Shown here: one piece after another, positions 38,379-47,886 of the stretch
Numbering within the stretch: the first letter of the stretch is position 1
Layout of the letters: each line of letters opens with the position of its first letter
The notes under the pieces: model-generated
The model's database searches: none
What the model saw: only the letters and a program-made list of their open reading frames with translations
Told to the model about the DNA's origin: nothing
DNA from: a virus
Taxonomy: Duplodnaviria > Heunggongvirae > Uroviricota > Caudoviricetes
Reading direction: 5' to 3' (one strand)
DNA: 47,886 nt
Virus record (IMG/VR): IMGVR_UViG_2563366951_000006
Translations under genes and position numbers: made by a program

Positions 38379-38447
38379 TTAATAGGTAGTTTAAATCACA
38401 CCATCCCTGGTGGGGATACGTGCAACCAAATTTCAGAGGAGATTGAA

Positions 38448-39107
38448 ATGAACCAATCTGAAATAGATAGTCTTCTTGAATCAAAAGTTTCGCGGCGTAG
38501 GCATTTAAAAAGCCTGGAGTATGGTGTTGGTCATTATGACGTAGAATTCCCCAGCACTATTATCATCGACGGAATAATGTGCCACCACAGCGCTCACCGT
38601 CGTTGGAGCGGCATGTTATCTCGCTGCTACAAACCGCACACAGAACAGTTAGAGCACAGTTACGCCGGATGTACTGTTGCCGATGAGTGGCTGCGATTCT
38701 CAAACTTTCTGGCGTTCTGGAAAGAAAACTATCGCGATGGATATGTGCTAGATAAGGACCTGCTACACCCTGGTAACAAGATATATGGTCCTGAATACTG
38801 CGTATTTGTTCCCCCAGCACTTAACTTATTTACAGGTGATCGCGCCCGTTTACGAGGGAAATACCCACAGGGTGTTATCTGGCATAAACAGTCCGCTAAG
38901 TTTCGGGCACGAATCAACGTAAACGGAAAGATTTCACACCTTGGGCTTTTCAACACCACACAGGAAGCCCACTTAGCCTGGCACACAGCCAAGATGCAAC
39001 AGGCTAAGGACTGGAAGCCCACATGTGATGAGATTCACCCACTACTACATGCAGGCCTGATGAAAAAAATAGCGGGAATGCAACAGCGATTTACTCAACC
39101 ACGTTAA
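38448..39107 (+). CDS. Hypothetical early protein, possible AP2-like DNA-binding domain
   Basis: GVIWHKQSAKFRARINVNGKISHLGLFNTTQEAHLAWHTA resembles the AP2/HNH-associated pattern. Confidence 0.5.
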   Translation: MNQSEIDSLLESKVSRRRHLKSLEYGVGHYDVEFPSTIIIDGIMCHHSAHRRWSGMLSRCYKPHTEQLEHSYAGCTVADEWLRFSNFLAFWKENYRDGYVLDKDLLHPGNKIYGPEYCVFVPPALNLFTGDRARLRGKYPQGVIWHKQSAKFRARINVNGKISHLGLFNTTQEAHLAWHTAKMQQAKDWKPTCDEIHPLLHAGLMKKIAGMQQRFTQPR

Positions 39108-39243
39108 CCAACTTTTAAATGGGTAAGTAAATGTTAATCGATAAAGCGGCATACAAAACAGCACGGCTTTTCTTCGCGACCTATGGTGAGGAATACCGCC
39201 ATATCTCTAACCTTTTCATGCGCAAAGCTTACGGGGTCTGAAT

Positions 39244-39447
39244 ATGCTCAGTAAAGACAGCTCTCTAGAAACCGCAAAAAACACAGCAGATAACCTGTAT
39301 CAATTAATGGAATTAATTAACTCCAATATTATTGATATGGATATCGAGCAAATAATTTCTCTGTCTGGCCTCTGCCTTGACTTGTCGGCTCAGGTCTCAA
39401 TGTGGATGGATTCGGAGTTTGAACGTCGTGAAAAACAACGTAATTGA
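39244..39447 (+). CDS. Hypothetical small protein
   Basis: 67-aa ORF in the early-left operon. Confidence 0.4.
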   Translation: MLSKDSSLETAKNTADNLYQLMELINSNIIDMDIEQIISLSGLCLDLSAQVSMWMDSEFERREKQRN

Positions 39448-39796
39448 AACCTACCGCCGCCGAATTTTAAAGGCAGCGTTATTACGCCACCAGCGTAAAA
39501 CGGGCAGTAACTGCCTTGTTATTAAGCTCAATAAAGGCGGTATTAACACGGTCGAGTTAACAGAGATTCTTCTCGATGGATTATTACGAAAATTCGAAAG
39601 GCTCGCGATCAGTGAGTACGGAAATGTCGAAGGTGTAAAAGCTATTAAGGGGATTTACAGCAGCTCTGTTGATGTTAATGGCAGCGGTGAATTCCTCACA
39701 AATAGCGGAAAGGAATTAATCGACGAGCTCATTTCTGAGCTGGTTGAGTTCGTCAAAAAGCAGAAACCAGTTAATGCGGAGATCGGCAATGGCTGA
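39428..39796 (+). CDS. Hypothetical protein
   Basis: Frame of track ORF 39377..39796; start taken at GTG 39428 overlapping the upstream stop. Confidence 0.35.
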   Translation: MKNNVIETYRRRILKAALLRHQRKTGSNCLVIKLNKGGINTVELTEILLDGLLRKFERLAISEYGNVEGVKAIKGIYSSSVDVNGSGEFLTNSGKELIDELISELVEFVKKQKPVNAEIGNG

Positions 39797-40043
39797 CCAA
39801 CAAACAATGCTCTATCAGGGTGTGCTGATCCCCCGCCCCGTGTTGAACGTGGATCTGCATGTCCTCCCTGATTTTACCGGGCGGGTAGTCCTGCACATCG
39901 AGAACGGGAGGGTGATATGCGACCGCCGGTTGTTCGACGACGAGCACATTTGCTCACTGGCCACATTTATCGAAATGGCGCGCGAAATGGAGCTGAGATT
40001 TGAGGAGGTAGCTGGTGGCACTTACAGCGATACGAATTCCTGA
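39792..40043 (+). CDS. Hypothetical protein
   Basis: Start at internal ATG (MADQQTMLYQG...) of track ORF 39744..40043. Confidence 0.4.
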   Translation, partial: ADQQTMLYQGVLIPRPVLNVDLHVLPDFTGRVVLHIENGRVICDRRLFDDEHICSLATFIEMAREMELRFEEVAGGTYSDTNS

Positions 40044-40236
40044 GTGGGTTCACCTCAAAGCAGCACACGTTTTAAGCCAGTTCAGAGCAAGGCGCATTCA
40101 CCCCTGCCGTATGCACGGCTCCGGTAATTTGAGCCTCAAGGTTAATCACCGCTGGCGGCTACTCTCCCGCGATGGCGGAAAGAACTGGGAAGTAATGAGT
40201 CACGAACGATACAGCAAAGTTAAGGACCGGAAATGA
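40015..40236 (+). CDS. Hypothetical protein
   Basis: 73-aa ORF, basic. Confidence 0.35.
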   Translation: MALTAIRIPEWVHLKAAHVLSQFRARRIHPCRMHGSGNLSLKVNHRWRLLSRDGGKNWEVMSHERYSKVKDRK

Positions 40237-40646
40237 ACGATAAGCGCACCGTAAGCATGATTGACCTGGCATTACAGAAACACGATACGCCAGTTGGCCC
40301 ACTGTTCGTGGCAGTACGCCACGGTCGTATCAAAAAATGCTTCACGCGAGATACGGCGATCCGCTATCTGGCTTTCTTCATGACCACCGAGGCTTTTGAG
40401 CGTTCAGGTTTTGCGCAGCGTCACCCGCGGGTGCGTATTGATCGCGATGACAGGGAAGTATGGCGAGACGGGGAAACAAAGGCTGAGTATCTGGCCGCCC
40501 ACCAGCGTTGTGTTCGCCGTCTGCGTCGCATCCTGGCGCGCAAGCGAGAAATGGAGAAATGGTGTGAGAAATGGGACGCGATGCATGACCGATTCGTTAA
40601 AGAGGTTGATGCACTGCAGGCCATCAAACCAGCAGGGGTGAAATGA
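40233..40646 (+). CDS. Hypothetical protein
   Basis: 137-aa ORF overlapping the previous stop by 4 bp. Confidence 0.5.
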   Translation: MNDKRTVSMIDLALQKHDTPVGPLFVAVRHGRIKKCFTRDTAIRYLAFFMTTEAFERSGFAQRHPRVRIDRDDREVWRDGETKAEYLAAHQRCVRRLRRILARKREMEKWCEKWDAMHDRFVKEVDALQAIKPAGVK

Positions 40647-40749
40647 TGAAGCCCTTCACTTTCAGCATCATTGTTTCCCTGCTACTGGCGGCCACCGTTA
40701 TCGGCGCGCTGATTGAATATAAATTTTTGGTGAGGTAGCGAGGCGCTCC

Positions 40750-41034
40750 ATGAATAAGCCAGTTTCAGAAATTATTAAGCGTTGGACCCGTCTGGCAACG
40801 AAGGCCAAGCAGCTGGGGCTCACCACCATCCCTGTCGACCCGGAAAACATGCTGATGCTCGTGGGAGATCTGCCAGCCAGTGAAGACTATCAGGCTGCAA
40901 TCGATTTTTTGCGCAAGAGAGCGGCCAGCGAACTTGATGGCGGTTTTAGAGCGCACCACAACGCACTTATCTATGCGGCAAATGAACTGGAAAATGCCCA
41001 GGCATTCGGGCGGGAGGTCGGTCATGAGTCTTGA
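40750..41034 (+). CDS. Hypothetical protein
   Basis: 94-aa ORF upstream of xis. Confidence 0.45.
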   Translation: MNKPVSEIIKRWTRLATKAKQLGLTTIPVDPENMLMLVGDLPASEDYQAAIDFLRKRAASELDGGFRAHHNALIYAANELENAQAFGREVGHES

Positions 41035-41233
41035 TTGCGTACCACTTTCAACCTACTGCCGGGACGCCGGAGAAACGGTTGAAGCCGTTAACAAACGGAT
41101 ACAAAGGGGGTTATGGAAAGAGGGTGTCCATGTATTAAAAGTCGATGGCGTTAAAGAACGCTGGATAGACTTAACGGAGGTTTCAAAGTGGGCAAGAAAG
41201 AACAAGGATCATTATCTCTCCCAAGAGGAGTAA
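41024..41233 (+). CDS. xis: Excisionase (Xis-like)
   Basis: ATG at 41024 with RBS gggagg; 69-aa basic protein overlapping the int start by 46 bp, as in lambda xis-int. Confidence 0.55.
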   Translation: MSLDCVPLSTYCRDAGETVEAVNKRIQRGLWKEGVHVLKVDGVKERWIDLTEVSKWARKNKDHYLSQEE

Positions 41234-42360
41234 CCATTCGCCAGCATAAAACTGGCGACACCCTGGTGATCACATTCACCTACAAGGGGGTTCTCTGCCG
41301 GGAGCCCCTTTCCAGAATGGAAGCAAACGCGCGCGGCGTGAAGTATGCCGAGCGCCTGCTGGGGGAGATACAGAATCAGATCGCCGGCGGCACATTCGAT
41401 TATGCGAAATACTTCCCCACCTCCAAAAAACTGGAGCTGTTCGGGGTAGTGAAGAAAACCAAAAATATTAAGTCCTACCTGGACGAGTATCTGAAAATCT
41501 GCCAGAACCGCAACCTTTCGCCGTCCACTATTGGCGGTTATGAAAAGTGCCTGTCTGCGCTATCTGCGCTGCACAAAATGCATGTATCGGAACTGACCCC
41601 TGCGGTCCTCAAAAACTGGATCGCCAGCAGAAAAACAAAGCTGAAAACAATCAGGAATAACCTCTCGTTTCTGCGCAGCGCCATAGATGAAGCGGTGACA
41701 GACGGCCTGCTGACTATCAACCCGGTAACCCTTGTCAGCGCGAGTCGGTACCACGTGATCGACAGCAGCCCGAATAGTGACGATTACGAAGTTGATCCGT
41801 TCACACCAGCGGAAATCAGCGCCATTTACCAGAGCTGCAGTTATCCGGAATGGGAAAACCTGTTCCGTTTCGCATTCAATACAGGTTTACGCAGCTCTGA
41901 GCTGTGTGCGTTGCGCTGGCCTGATCTCGACAATATCGCTAAAACAGCTCACGTTCAGGCGGCGAGTGTTGTTGGCGTTCTGAAAGGCACCAAAACAAAA
42001 GCCGGTACCCGTAAAGTAGAATTAAACAGCGAGGCGCTGGCCGCGCTGCAGGCGCAGAAACAATTCACTTTCATGAAAAGCGAGTTTATTTTCAGCGACC
42101 CTAAAACGGGAGAGCCCTGGGCGAACGCCGACGCAATACGAAAAAAAGCATGGGTGCCAACCCTCAAAAAAGCTGGCGTTCGATACCGTAACCCGTACCA
42201 GACCCGCCACACATTCGCCACCAGACACATTAGCCAGGGCGTAAACCTTTTCTGGCTTGCCGGGCAGATGGGGCATAAAGGGCCGGAAATGCTGTTCCGC
42301 AATTACGGTAAATACCTGGCTGAATACGACGGGAAAACCGCCATTTCAGCAGCTCTGTAG
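41188..42360 (+). CDS. int: Tyrosine integrase (prophage)
   Basis: 390 aa; C-terminal catalytic region with RHTFATRHISQG...HKGPEMLFRNYGKY (R-H-R-Y signature); adjacent to attR. Confidence 0.9.
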   Translation: MGKKEQGSLSLPRGVTIRQHKTGDTLVITFTYKGVLCREPLSRMEANARGVKYAERLLGEIQNQIAGGTFDYAKYFPTSKKLELFGVVKKTKNIKSYLDEYLKICQNRNLSPSTIGGYEKCLSALSALHKMHVSELTPAVLKNWIASRKTKLKTIRNNLSFLRSAIDEAVTDGLLTINPVTLVSASRYHVIDSSPNSDDYEVDPFTPAEISAIYQSCSYPEWENLFRFAFNTGLRSSELCALRWPDLDNIAKTAHVQAASVVGVLKGTKTKAGTRKVELNSEALAALQAQKQFTFMKSEFIFSDPKTGEPWANADAIRKKAWVPTLKKAGVRYRNPYQTRHTFATRHISQGVNLFWLAGQMGHKGPEMLFRNYGKYLAEYDGKTAISAAL

Positions 42361-42484
42361 CGTCGTGAGTATTTCAAAATGTTGGACGGAATCAGGACGT
42401 TAGAGGGACCACGATATGCACGTAAAATGCACTTGAGGCCTTTCAAAAAAGACAAAACATTAATATTCAATAGGTTAAGCATTA

Positions 42485-42524
42485 TTCGGACACGGGTTCA
42501 ACTCCCGCCAGCTCCACCACTTTT
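42485..42524. repeat. attR core: second copy of the ssrA 3'-end repeat
   Basis: ttcggacAcgggttcaactcccgccagctccaccactttt. Confidence 0.85.
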
Positions 42525-42556
42525 TAGTTGTTTGAAGTACAATGAAGTCTACTAAG

Positions 42557-42594
42557 CCCGCATGGAATCAGCCTTGCGGGCTTTTTTACGTCTA
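42557..42594 (+). terminator. Terminator-like hairpin after the att core
   Basis: aagcccgca-loop-tgcgggctt stem followed by a T-rich run. Confidence 0.5.
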
Positions 42595-42684
42595 TTGTCG
42601 TCCAGTGAGAATTGCTGAGAACTATCACATATGGCACCCTGAATGGGACCCACTAAGAAGGGTCCAAAAACCGAGGGTCCCAAA

Positions 42685-43914
42685 ATGGCAAAAATCGCTA
42701 AGAAGCTCACTGACACTGAAATCAAAAGCACCAAACCAGCCGACAAAGAAATCAACTTGTTTGACGGAGATGGTTTGATACTACGAATCGCTCCCCTCTC
42801 GAAAGGAGGAAAGAAGAATTGGTATTTCAGGTATGCAGTGCCAGTGAGTAAAAAAAGAACCAAAATGAGCCTTGGGACCTATCCTCACCTTACACTGGCA
42901 AGAGCCAGAGCCTTACGAGATGAATACCTTTCCTTGCTTGCTAATGGCATTGATCCCCAAGTTCATAACAACGATAAAGCTAATGCCTTAAAGAATGCTA
43001 CTGAACACACTCTCCAAGCCGTGGCAAGGAAATGGTTGGATGAGAAGGTAAAGACCTCTGGTATCTCACAAGACCATGCAGAAGACATCTGGCGAAGCTT
43101 GGAGAGAAATATATTTCCCGGCTTGGGTAAGGTTCCTATCAATGAGATCCGACCCAAACTCTTAAAGCAACATCTCGACCCTATTGAGCAACGAGGAGTC
43201 CTCGAAACCTTACGGCGAATCATTTCCCGATTAAATGAAATATTTCGCTGGGCCGCGACTGAAGAACTTATCGAGTTCAATCCGGCTGACAACCTTGGGC
43301 AACGGTTCAGTAAGCCTAAAAAACAGAATATGCCAGCATTACCCCCTTCCGAGTTACCCCGCTTCCTAATGGTGTTAAACAATGCCTCAGTTCGTATGGA
43401 GACAAGATTGCTGATTGAATGGCAATTGCTGACCTGGGTTCGTCCAGGGGAAGCCGTTCGTGCGAGATGGGCCGATATAGATACTGAAAAATCGATGTGG
43501 AACATCCCGGCTGAGTTTATGAAAATGAAGAAGCCTCACAAAGTTCCACTAAGCAAAGAAGCTTTGCGAGTCTTGGATTCAATGAAAGCCATCAGTGGGC
43601 ACAGAGAGTGGGTTTTCCCCAGTATCAAAGCTCCACTCAATCATATGCATGAACAAACAGCGAATGCGGCCATAATCCGTATGGGCTTTGGTGGAGAGCT
43701 TGTAGCCCATGGAATGAGATCTATTGCACGAACGGCCTCAGAGGAGTCGGGTAAGTTCAGGACAGATGTCTTAGAAGCGGCCCTTGCTCACTCGAAGAAA
43801 GATGAAATAATTGCCGCATATAATCGCGCAGATTATCTTGCAGAACGAGTGGTTCTCATGCAGTGGTGGAGTGATTATGTGCAAGCTCAAAGGCTAAAAG
43901 CCATTGCAGCTTAA
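42685..43914 (+). CDS. P4-type (CP4-57 IntA-like) tyrosine integrase
   Basis: N-terminus KLTDTEIKSTKPADKEINLFDGDGLILRI typical of P4-family integrases; start taken at internal ATG (track ORF from 42643). Confidence 0.88.
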   Translation: MAKIAKKLTDTEIKSTKPADKEINLFDGDGLILRIAPLSKGGKKNWYFRYAVPVSKKRTKMSLGTYPHLTLARARALRDEYLSLLANGIDPQVHNNDKANALKNATEHTLQAVARKWLDEKVKTSGISQDHAEDIWRSLERNIFPGLGKVPINEIRPKLLKQHLDPIEQRGVLETLRRIISRLNEIFRWAATEELIEFNPADNLGQRFSKPKKQNMPALPPSELPRFLMVLNNASVRMETRLLIEWQLLTWVRPGEAVRARWADIDTEKSMWNIPAEFMKMKKPHKVPLSKEALRVLDSMKAISGHREWVFPSIKAPLNHMHEQTANAAIIRMGFGGELVAHGMRSIARTASEESGKFRTDVLEAALAHSKKDEIIAAYNRADYLAERVVLMQWWSDYVQAQRLKAIAA

Positions 43915-44238
43915 TAATTAAAAAACACATAATAAACAAAGGTAATTACTAGGATTGCATCTCTATTTTCAACGAACAACTTAGAACCATACACCCAGCA
44001 TTAACCAATTAAAGCCCTGTTTTAGCTTCTGAGATTAAGCAATAGCTGGTCAAATAATTTCAGAAGCTTTTTTTTTGATCCAAACCAAACAACACTACTT
44101 AACTCATTGTATATATTGTTTTTTTATGTTAGCAATAAATACAATGTACAGCATACATGCATATGTTGGGGCGGTAGCATTTAAATGTACAATTCTCATC
44201 CGTAAAGTTCACACAGCATTTATGAATAAGGTTGGTCT

Positions 44239-47200
44239 ATGAGTGAAAATAAACTGTTTGATAATTATGAGATTATAGAAAGAAATCTACTAAAAACAGA
44301 ATCAAATAGAAATATTCCTGAAGTAATTCTTACCCTTAAAGATGGAGAGAGTTACATTATCAAACATTGGCCAAGAAATACCTCAAGTGATGAACAAGTT
44401 CTTGAAAGTATTTGGCAACATGAATTACGACAACTACAAAGGTTAAAGGGATATCCTGGAGTAGGAGATTATATAGTAAATCCTGTTGAATCAAAAAAAA
44501 CAAATGAAGGGTACTATCTTGTTTTAAATTCTGATGGTAGAGTACCTACTTCTTACTTATTGAATAAAAGAACATTATCTCTCCCAAGAAAAAGCCACTG
44601 GCTCACCCGTTTAAAAGATCCGGCAGTTAGAATCAGATTCTGGAAAAATATCTGTAGAATTACAAATGCTATTGGTTTGCTTCATGCGCAAGGGTTGTTA
44701 CATCGACATTTAGATGAAAATTCAATTCTAACATATGATTATGAATCAGATGATTATAACGATTTTCAATTGACCGGCTTCGAGTGGTCAATCCGAATGC
44801 CTACACTTACCAGAGCTAAAATTGAGCCTGTTGGTGAACACGGTAAAATATCAACTTTTGCTACAGATTGGATCGATTTAGGAATTTTAATAGCAAACTT
44901 TTTAAAAATAGATATAAATGAAATTAAATCTCTGCAGTTCCCAGCAGAATACTTCATTTCTAAGTACGATCTGACAATTAGTGAAGTAGCTATAATTCGT
45001 AGTCTATTAGGAATCCAACCTATTCAGCAAAATGCTATAAAAGAACTTCTTGGTGAAAAAGATATTCTACAGTTTTTAGATGGTATAATTGATGAGCTTA
45101 CTGAATTCTATAAAAAAACGAAAACTATTCATGGGTTAGCAATAAACACTAAGTATGAACAATCTGATAATACCAAAGATAAAAAAGAGCTATTTCACTG
45201 CATACAAAAAATAATCTTTGAGAAAAGTGAATTCACAATATCCAGAGATGACTCTGATATAATAAAGAGTTTCGTAAGCGAAGATTTATCAGATTCACCA
45301 GTATTATTTGTTAATACCTCAGAACACAATCGATATGATGTAGTATTGAAAGGGAAAGAACTTTTTTATGTACTAACACCATTTCAACCTGACCATCGAA
45401 CGAGTGACAAAACATGGGATTTAGGTTATTCACAATATGCATATTTAGAGTTGCCAAATAGATTCTTTGGTAAAGATAATTACATTGAACTAAATAGTAA
45501 TAATATATCATGTTATACTCATTACGAAGCCAGGAAATTTTTGAATAGTAATGATAACTCATTAAGCCTACTGTCTTGGGAAATGATTTTCAAAGATATA
45601 GGTAAAACTAAAAACAAAAGAAATGAAGAACATCTTCGATTATTGGAGGGCCTAACTGCCGTTCATATTACAAATATCGCATATGCAAAAGCAGAAATTT
45701 TCCCTGTAGAAAACATCAGTGAAGAAAGCGAACCAGATAATATTAGCTCATGGATCTTTAAATTCATTCCCAAATTTGACGAAACAACGGAGGAACTGTC
45801 TAAGTCGCTAAGTATCGACTCACCATCTGTCAGGCTTGAAAAGATTATAAATAGTAGTGAAAACAACGATAAGGTATCCTGGAGTTTAGTAGACAATAAT
45901 GATTTCAGTAGAGTTGACGAAGAGATTCTTTTAGAGTTTTATGGCTATGAAACAGATCAAGACAATCAAGAAATATATAGCTTCATCTCTAAAAAACCTC
46001 TTCCAGAATGGAGGAATTTTTATATTGTTCCCGACTCGATTGAAGGAACTCTGCGCCAAATAACAAGACATGCAAATACATTGGATATGCTTGAAAATCA
46101 TATCGAATTGATGAATGTAATTACTTCCCCTAATTCAAATCTCACAGTAAGCAATGAAGATATAATTGCAAAAGATATAATGGACTCATTGGATGAATCT
46201 AAACAAAGAGTTTTTACAAAAGTATTATCAACATTGCCAATGAACCTTGTACAAGGTCCACCGGGAGTAGGTAAAACTCACTTAGTCAAAGCAATTTCTA
46301 AATTTATCTTTAAAGAAGAACCTAATAGCAGGATACTCTTTACCGCACAGAGTCATGCAACCGTTCAACATCTATATCACGAAGTTGTCAAAGATTTACT
46401 TACTGAAAACAAACATACAAATGATCCCATAATTATTAGATGCAACAAAATATCTGGCGAAGATAATATAATATTAAACAGTGCCGATGAAACTGGATTA
46501 GAATATTTGCGGAAGTTCGTAGAAAGCCCTTTATACAAAAACTCTTCCAATCAAAGTTTAAAAAGTAATATTTCCAGTTTGCTTAAAGCTCCTCCAGTAA
46601 AGAGATACCCACTAATTAATCAACTAATTAAATCAGCAAGCTTAATATTTGCTACAACTAATTCAGATTATGTAGAGAGAATGATAAAAGAAAGAGCACA
46701 ATTTGATTGGTCGATCATGGAAGAAAGTGGAAAGGTTACAGGTATAGAATTAATAAGCCCACTTTTATTATCCTACCGACGATTAATGATCGGTGATCAC
46801 AATCAATTGCCACCGTATCGTTCAATTGAGTTAAGAAACATTTTAACCAATAATACAAAACTTAAAAACACCTTTGAAGAAGTTGACAGCATAAGTAATT
46901 TTAAATTAAAAAATGAACTAATGCGTAATAGTCACTTTTCATCAATAACCGATGATCAAGCAAGAGAAATAGGATTACGGGCAGCCAAATATGTAAATCT
47001 ATTTGAATCTCTTATTATTGATGATGAAAGACAAGACGTAATGTATGAAAAAATAAAGGGAAAAGATTATAAAAGAAACAATAAATTATCCTCAATGCTG
47101 TCAGTCCAGCACCGTATGCATCCTCATATTGCAGAAGTGATTTCAAATGTTTTTTATAACAACAAATTAGTTACCGATAAAGATAAAGAAAGGAAGTATC

Positions 47201-47886
47201 TTACAGAAGATTTTCAATCAGTACTTAACTTAAAAGAGGAATCTCACCTCACAAATACACCAGCACTGGTATGGATTAGTCAACCAGATGTACAAAAAAC
47301 TAAAGGTAACAGAGCAGGAGAGCATACACCAATCTGGTCAAACGAAAGTGAATGTAAGGCAATCATAGATATTCTCAAAGATTTGGACAAGAACTCCAAC
47401 CCAACAAAAAAAATAAAGTTGGCAATTCTTTCTCCATACTCAAATCAAGTTAAATTAATTTCAAAGCATATTGAAATTGAAAAGAAAAAAAATCAATTCA
47501 AAACACTTTTAAATAATTACATTCCACCAGATGATAATGATGGTTATTGCCTTACTGTTGATTCGTTCCAAGGTGGCGAAGCTGATATTGTCTTAATTTC
47601 ATTAGTACGAAACAATGGTAAAAGCACAATTAAGAGTGCATTAGGATTTTTATCAGATCAACGCCGTATAAATGTTTTACTTAGTAGAGCAAAGTACAAA
47701 TTGATCATAGTCGGTTCATATGAACTCCTCAAGGCTTGGTCTAATCGTATATCCAGAGAGAACTCAAAAGAATATGATTTTATTCCAAGACTAACTGATA
47801 AACTGGATTTGTCTTTAAATGAGAGAAAGCTTTCATTAATTACATCAAACTTTATAACAAACAAAGGAAATAAAAATGAAAAATAA
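44239..47886 (+). CDS. Kinase-like N-terminal domain fused to Upf1-like SF1 helicase (1215 aa); candidate defence protein, MkoA-like
   Basis: Kinase-like motifs YIIKHW, HRHLDENSIL, LTGFEW; helicase motifs LVQGPPGVGKTH, IMEESGK, LMIGDHNQLPP, VDSFQGGEADIVLISLVRNN, RRINVLLSRAKYKLIIVG; very AT-rich. Confidence 0.85.
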   Translation: MSENKLFDNYEIIERNLLKTESNRNIPEVILTLKDGESYIIKHWPRNTSSDEQVLESIWQHELRQLQRLKGYPGVGDYIVNPVESKKTNEGYYLVLNSDGRVPTSYLLNKRTLSLPRKSHWLTRLKDPAVRIRFWKNICRITNAIGLLHAQGLLHRHLDENSILTYDYESDDYNDFQLTGFEWSIRMPTLTRAKIEPVGEHGKISTFATDWIDLGILIANFLKIDINEIKSLQFPAEYFISKYDLTISEVAIIRSLLGIQPIQQNAIKELLGEKDILQFLDGIIDELTEFYKKTKTIHGLAINTKYEQSDNTKDKKELFHCIQKIIFEKSEFTISRDDSDIIKSFVSEDLSDSPVLFVNTSEHNRYDVVLKGKELFYVLTPFQPDHRTSDKTWDLGYSQYAYLELPNRFFGKDNYIELNSNNISCYTHYEARKFLNSNDNSLSLLSWEMIFKDIGKTKNKRNEEHLRLLEGLTAVHITNIAYAKAEIFPVENISEESEPDNISSWIFKFIPKFDETTEELSKSLSIDSPSVRLEKIINSSENNDKVSWSLVDNNDFSRVDEEILLEFYGYETDQDNQEIYSFISKKPLPEWRNFYIVPDSIEGTLRQITRHANTLDMLENHIELMNVITSPNSNLTVSNEDIIAKDIMDSLDESKQRVFTKVLSTLPMNLVQGPPGVGKTHLVKAISKFIFKEEPNSRILFTAQSHATVQHLYHEVVKDLLTENKHTNDPIIIRCNKISGEDNIILNSADETGLEYLRKFVESPLYKNSSNQSLKSNISSLLKAPPVKRYPLINQLIKSASLIFATTNSDYVERMIKERAQFDWSIMEESGKVTGIELISPLLLSYRRLMIGDHNQLPPYRSIELRNILTNNTKLKNTFEEVDSISNFKLKNELMRNSHFSSITDDQAREIGLRAAKYVNLFESLIIDDERQDVMYEKIKGKDYKRNNKLSSMLSVQHRMHPHIAEVISNVFYNNKLVTDKDKERKYLTEDFQSVLNLKEESHLTNTPALVWISQPDVQKTKGNRAGEHTPIWSNESECKAIIDILKDLDKNSNPTKKIKLAILSPYSNQVKLISKHIEIEKKKNQFKTLLNNYIPPDDNDGYCLTVDSFQGGEADIVLISLVRNNGKSTIKSALGFLSDQRRINVLLSRAKYKLIIVGSYELLKAWSNRISRENSKEYDFIPRLTDKLDLSLNERKLSLITSNFITNKGNKNEK

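Larger units (their letters stand above)
42485..47886. mobile_element. Second integrative island (P4-type integrase + AT-rich cargo), partial; continues beyond the window
   Basis: Begins at the ssrA-derived att copy, then integrase, then a ~30% GC cargo gene; far boundary not in window. Confidence 0.6.

Noticed and set aside
42963-43505. 180-aa minus-strand ORF inside the P4-type integrase gene
   Set aside because: Antisense to the integrase, which carries a recognisable N-terminal family signature.
44239-44950. Calling the N-terminal domain of the 1215-aa protein an active Ser/Thr kinase
   Set aside because: The HRD aspartate and the DFG motif are not canonical (HRH, TGF), so activity cannot be asserted from sequence; reported only as kinase-like.

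Overview
The window starts with the chromosomal smpB-ssrA (tmRNA) locus and carries two integrative elements inserted in tandem at the 3' end of ssrA. Element 1 (about 1026..42524, ~41.5 kb) is a lambdoid prophage bounded by a 40-bp direct repeat of the ssrA 3' end. Read left to right it contains: an AT-rich accessory block (DinI-like gene, a two-gene unknown + HTH/ImmA-peptidase module, an excisionase-type HTH gene, a Gin/Pin-family invertase with a gix-flanked invertible tail-fibre segment); a minus-strand late operon with lambda-like tail genes (J, I, K, L, M, tape measure, G/T) and HK97-like head genes (capsid, protease, portal, terminase, HNH); the lysis cassette (holin, lysozyme, Rz/Rz1); four phage tRNAs; a Q-like antiterminator; replication genes (primase-helicase, initiator with internal iteron-like repeats); the cro/cI immunity region; early-left genes; xis and a tyrosine integrase next to attR. 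Several AT-rich morons sit at classic positions. Element 2 begins right after attR with a P4-type integrase and a very AT-rich 1215-aa gene that fuses a kinase-like N-terminal domain to an Upf1-like SF1 helicase; this is the strongest defence-system candidate, and its expected partner would lie beyond the window end. All calls come from reading the sequence and the ORF track by eye; no database search or folding program was run. No CRISPR array was seen.
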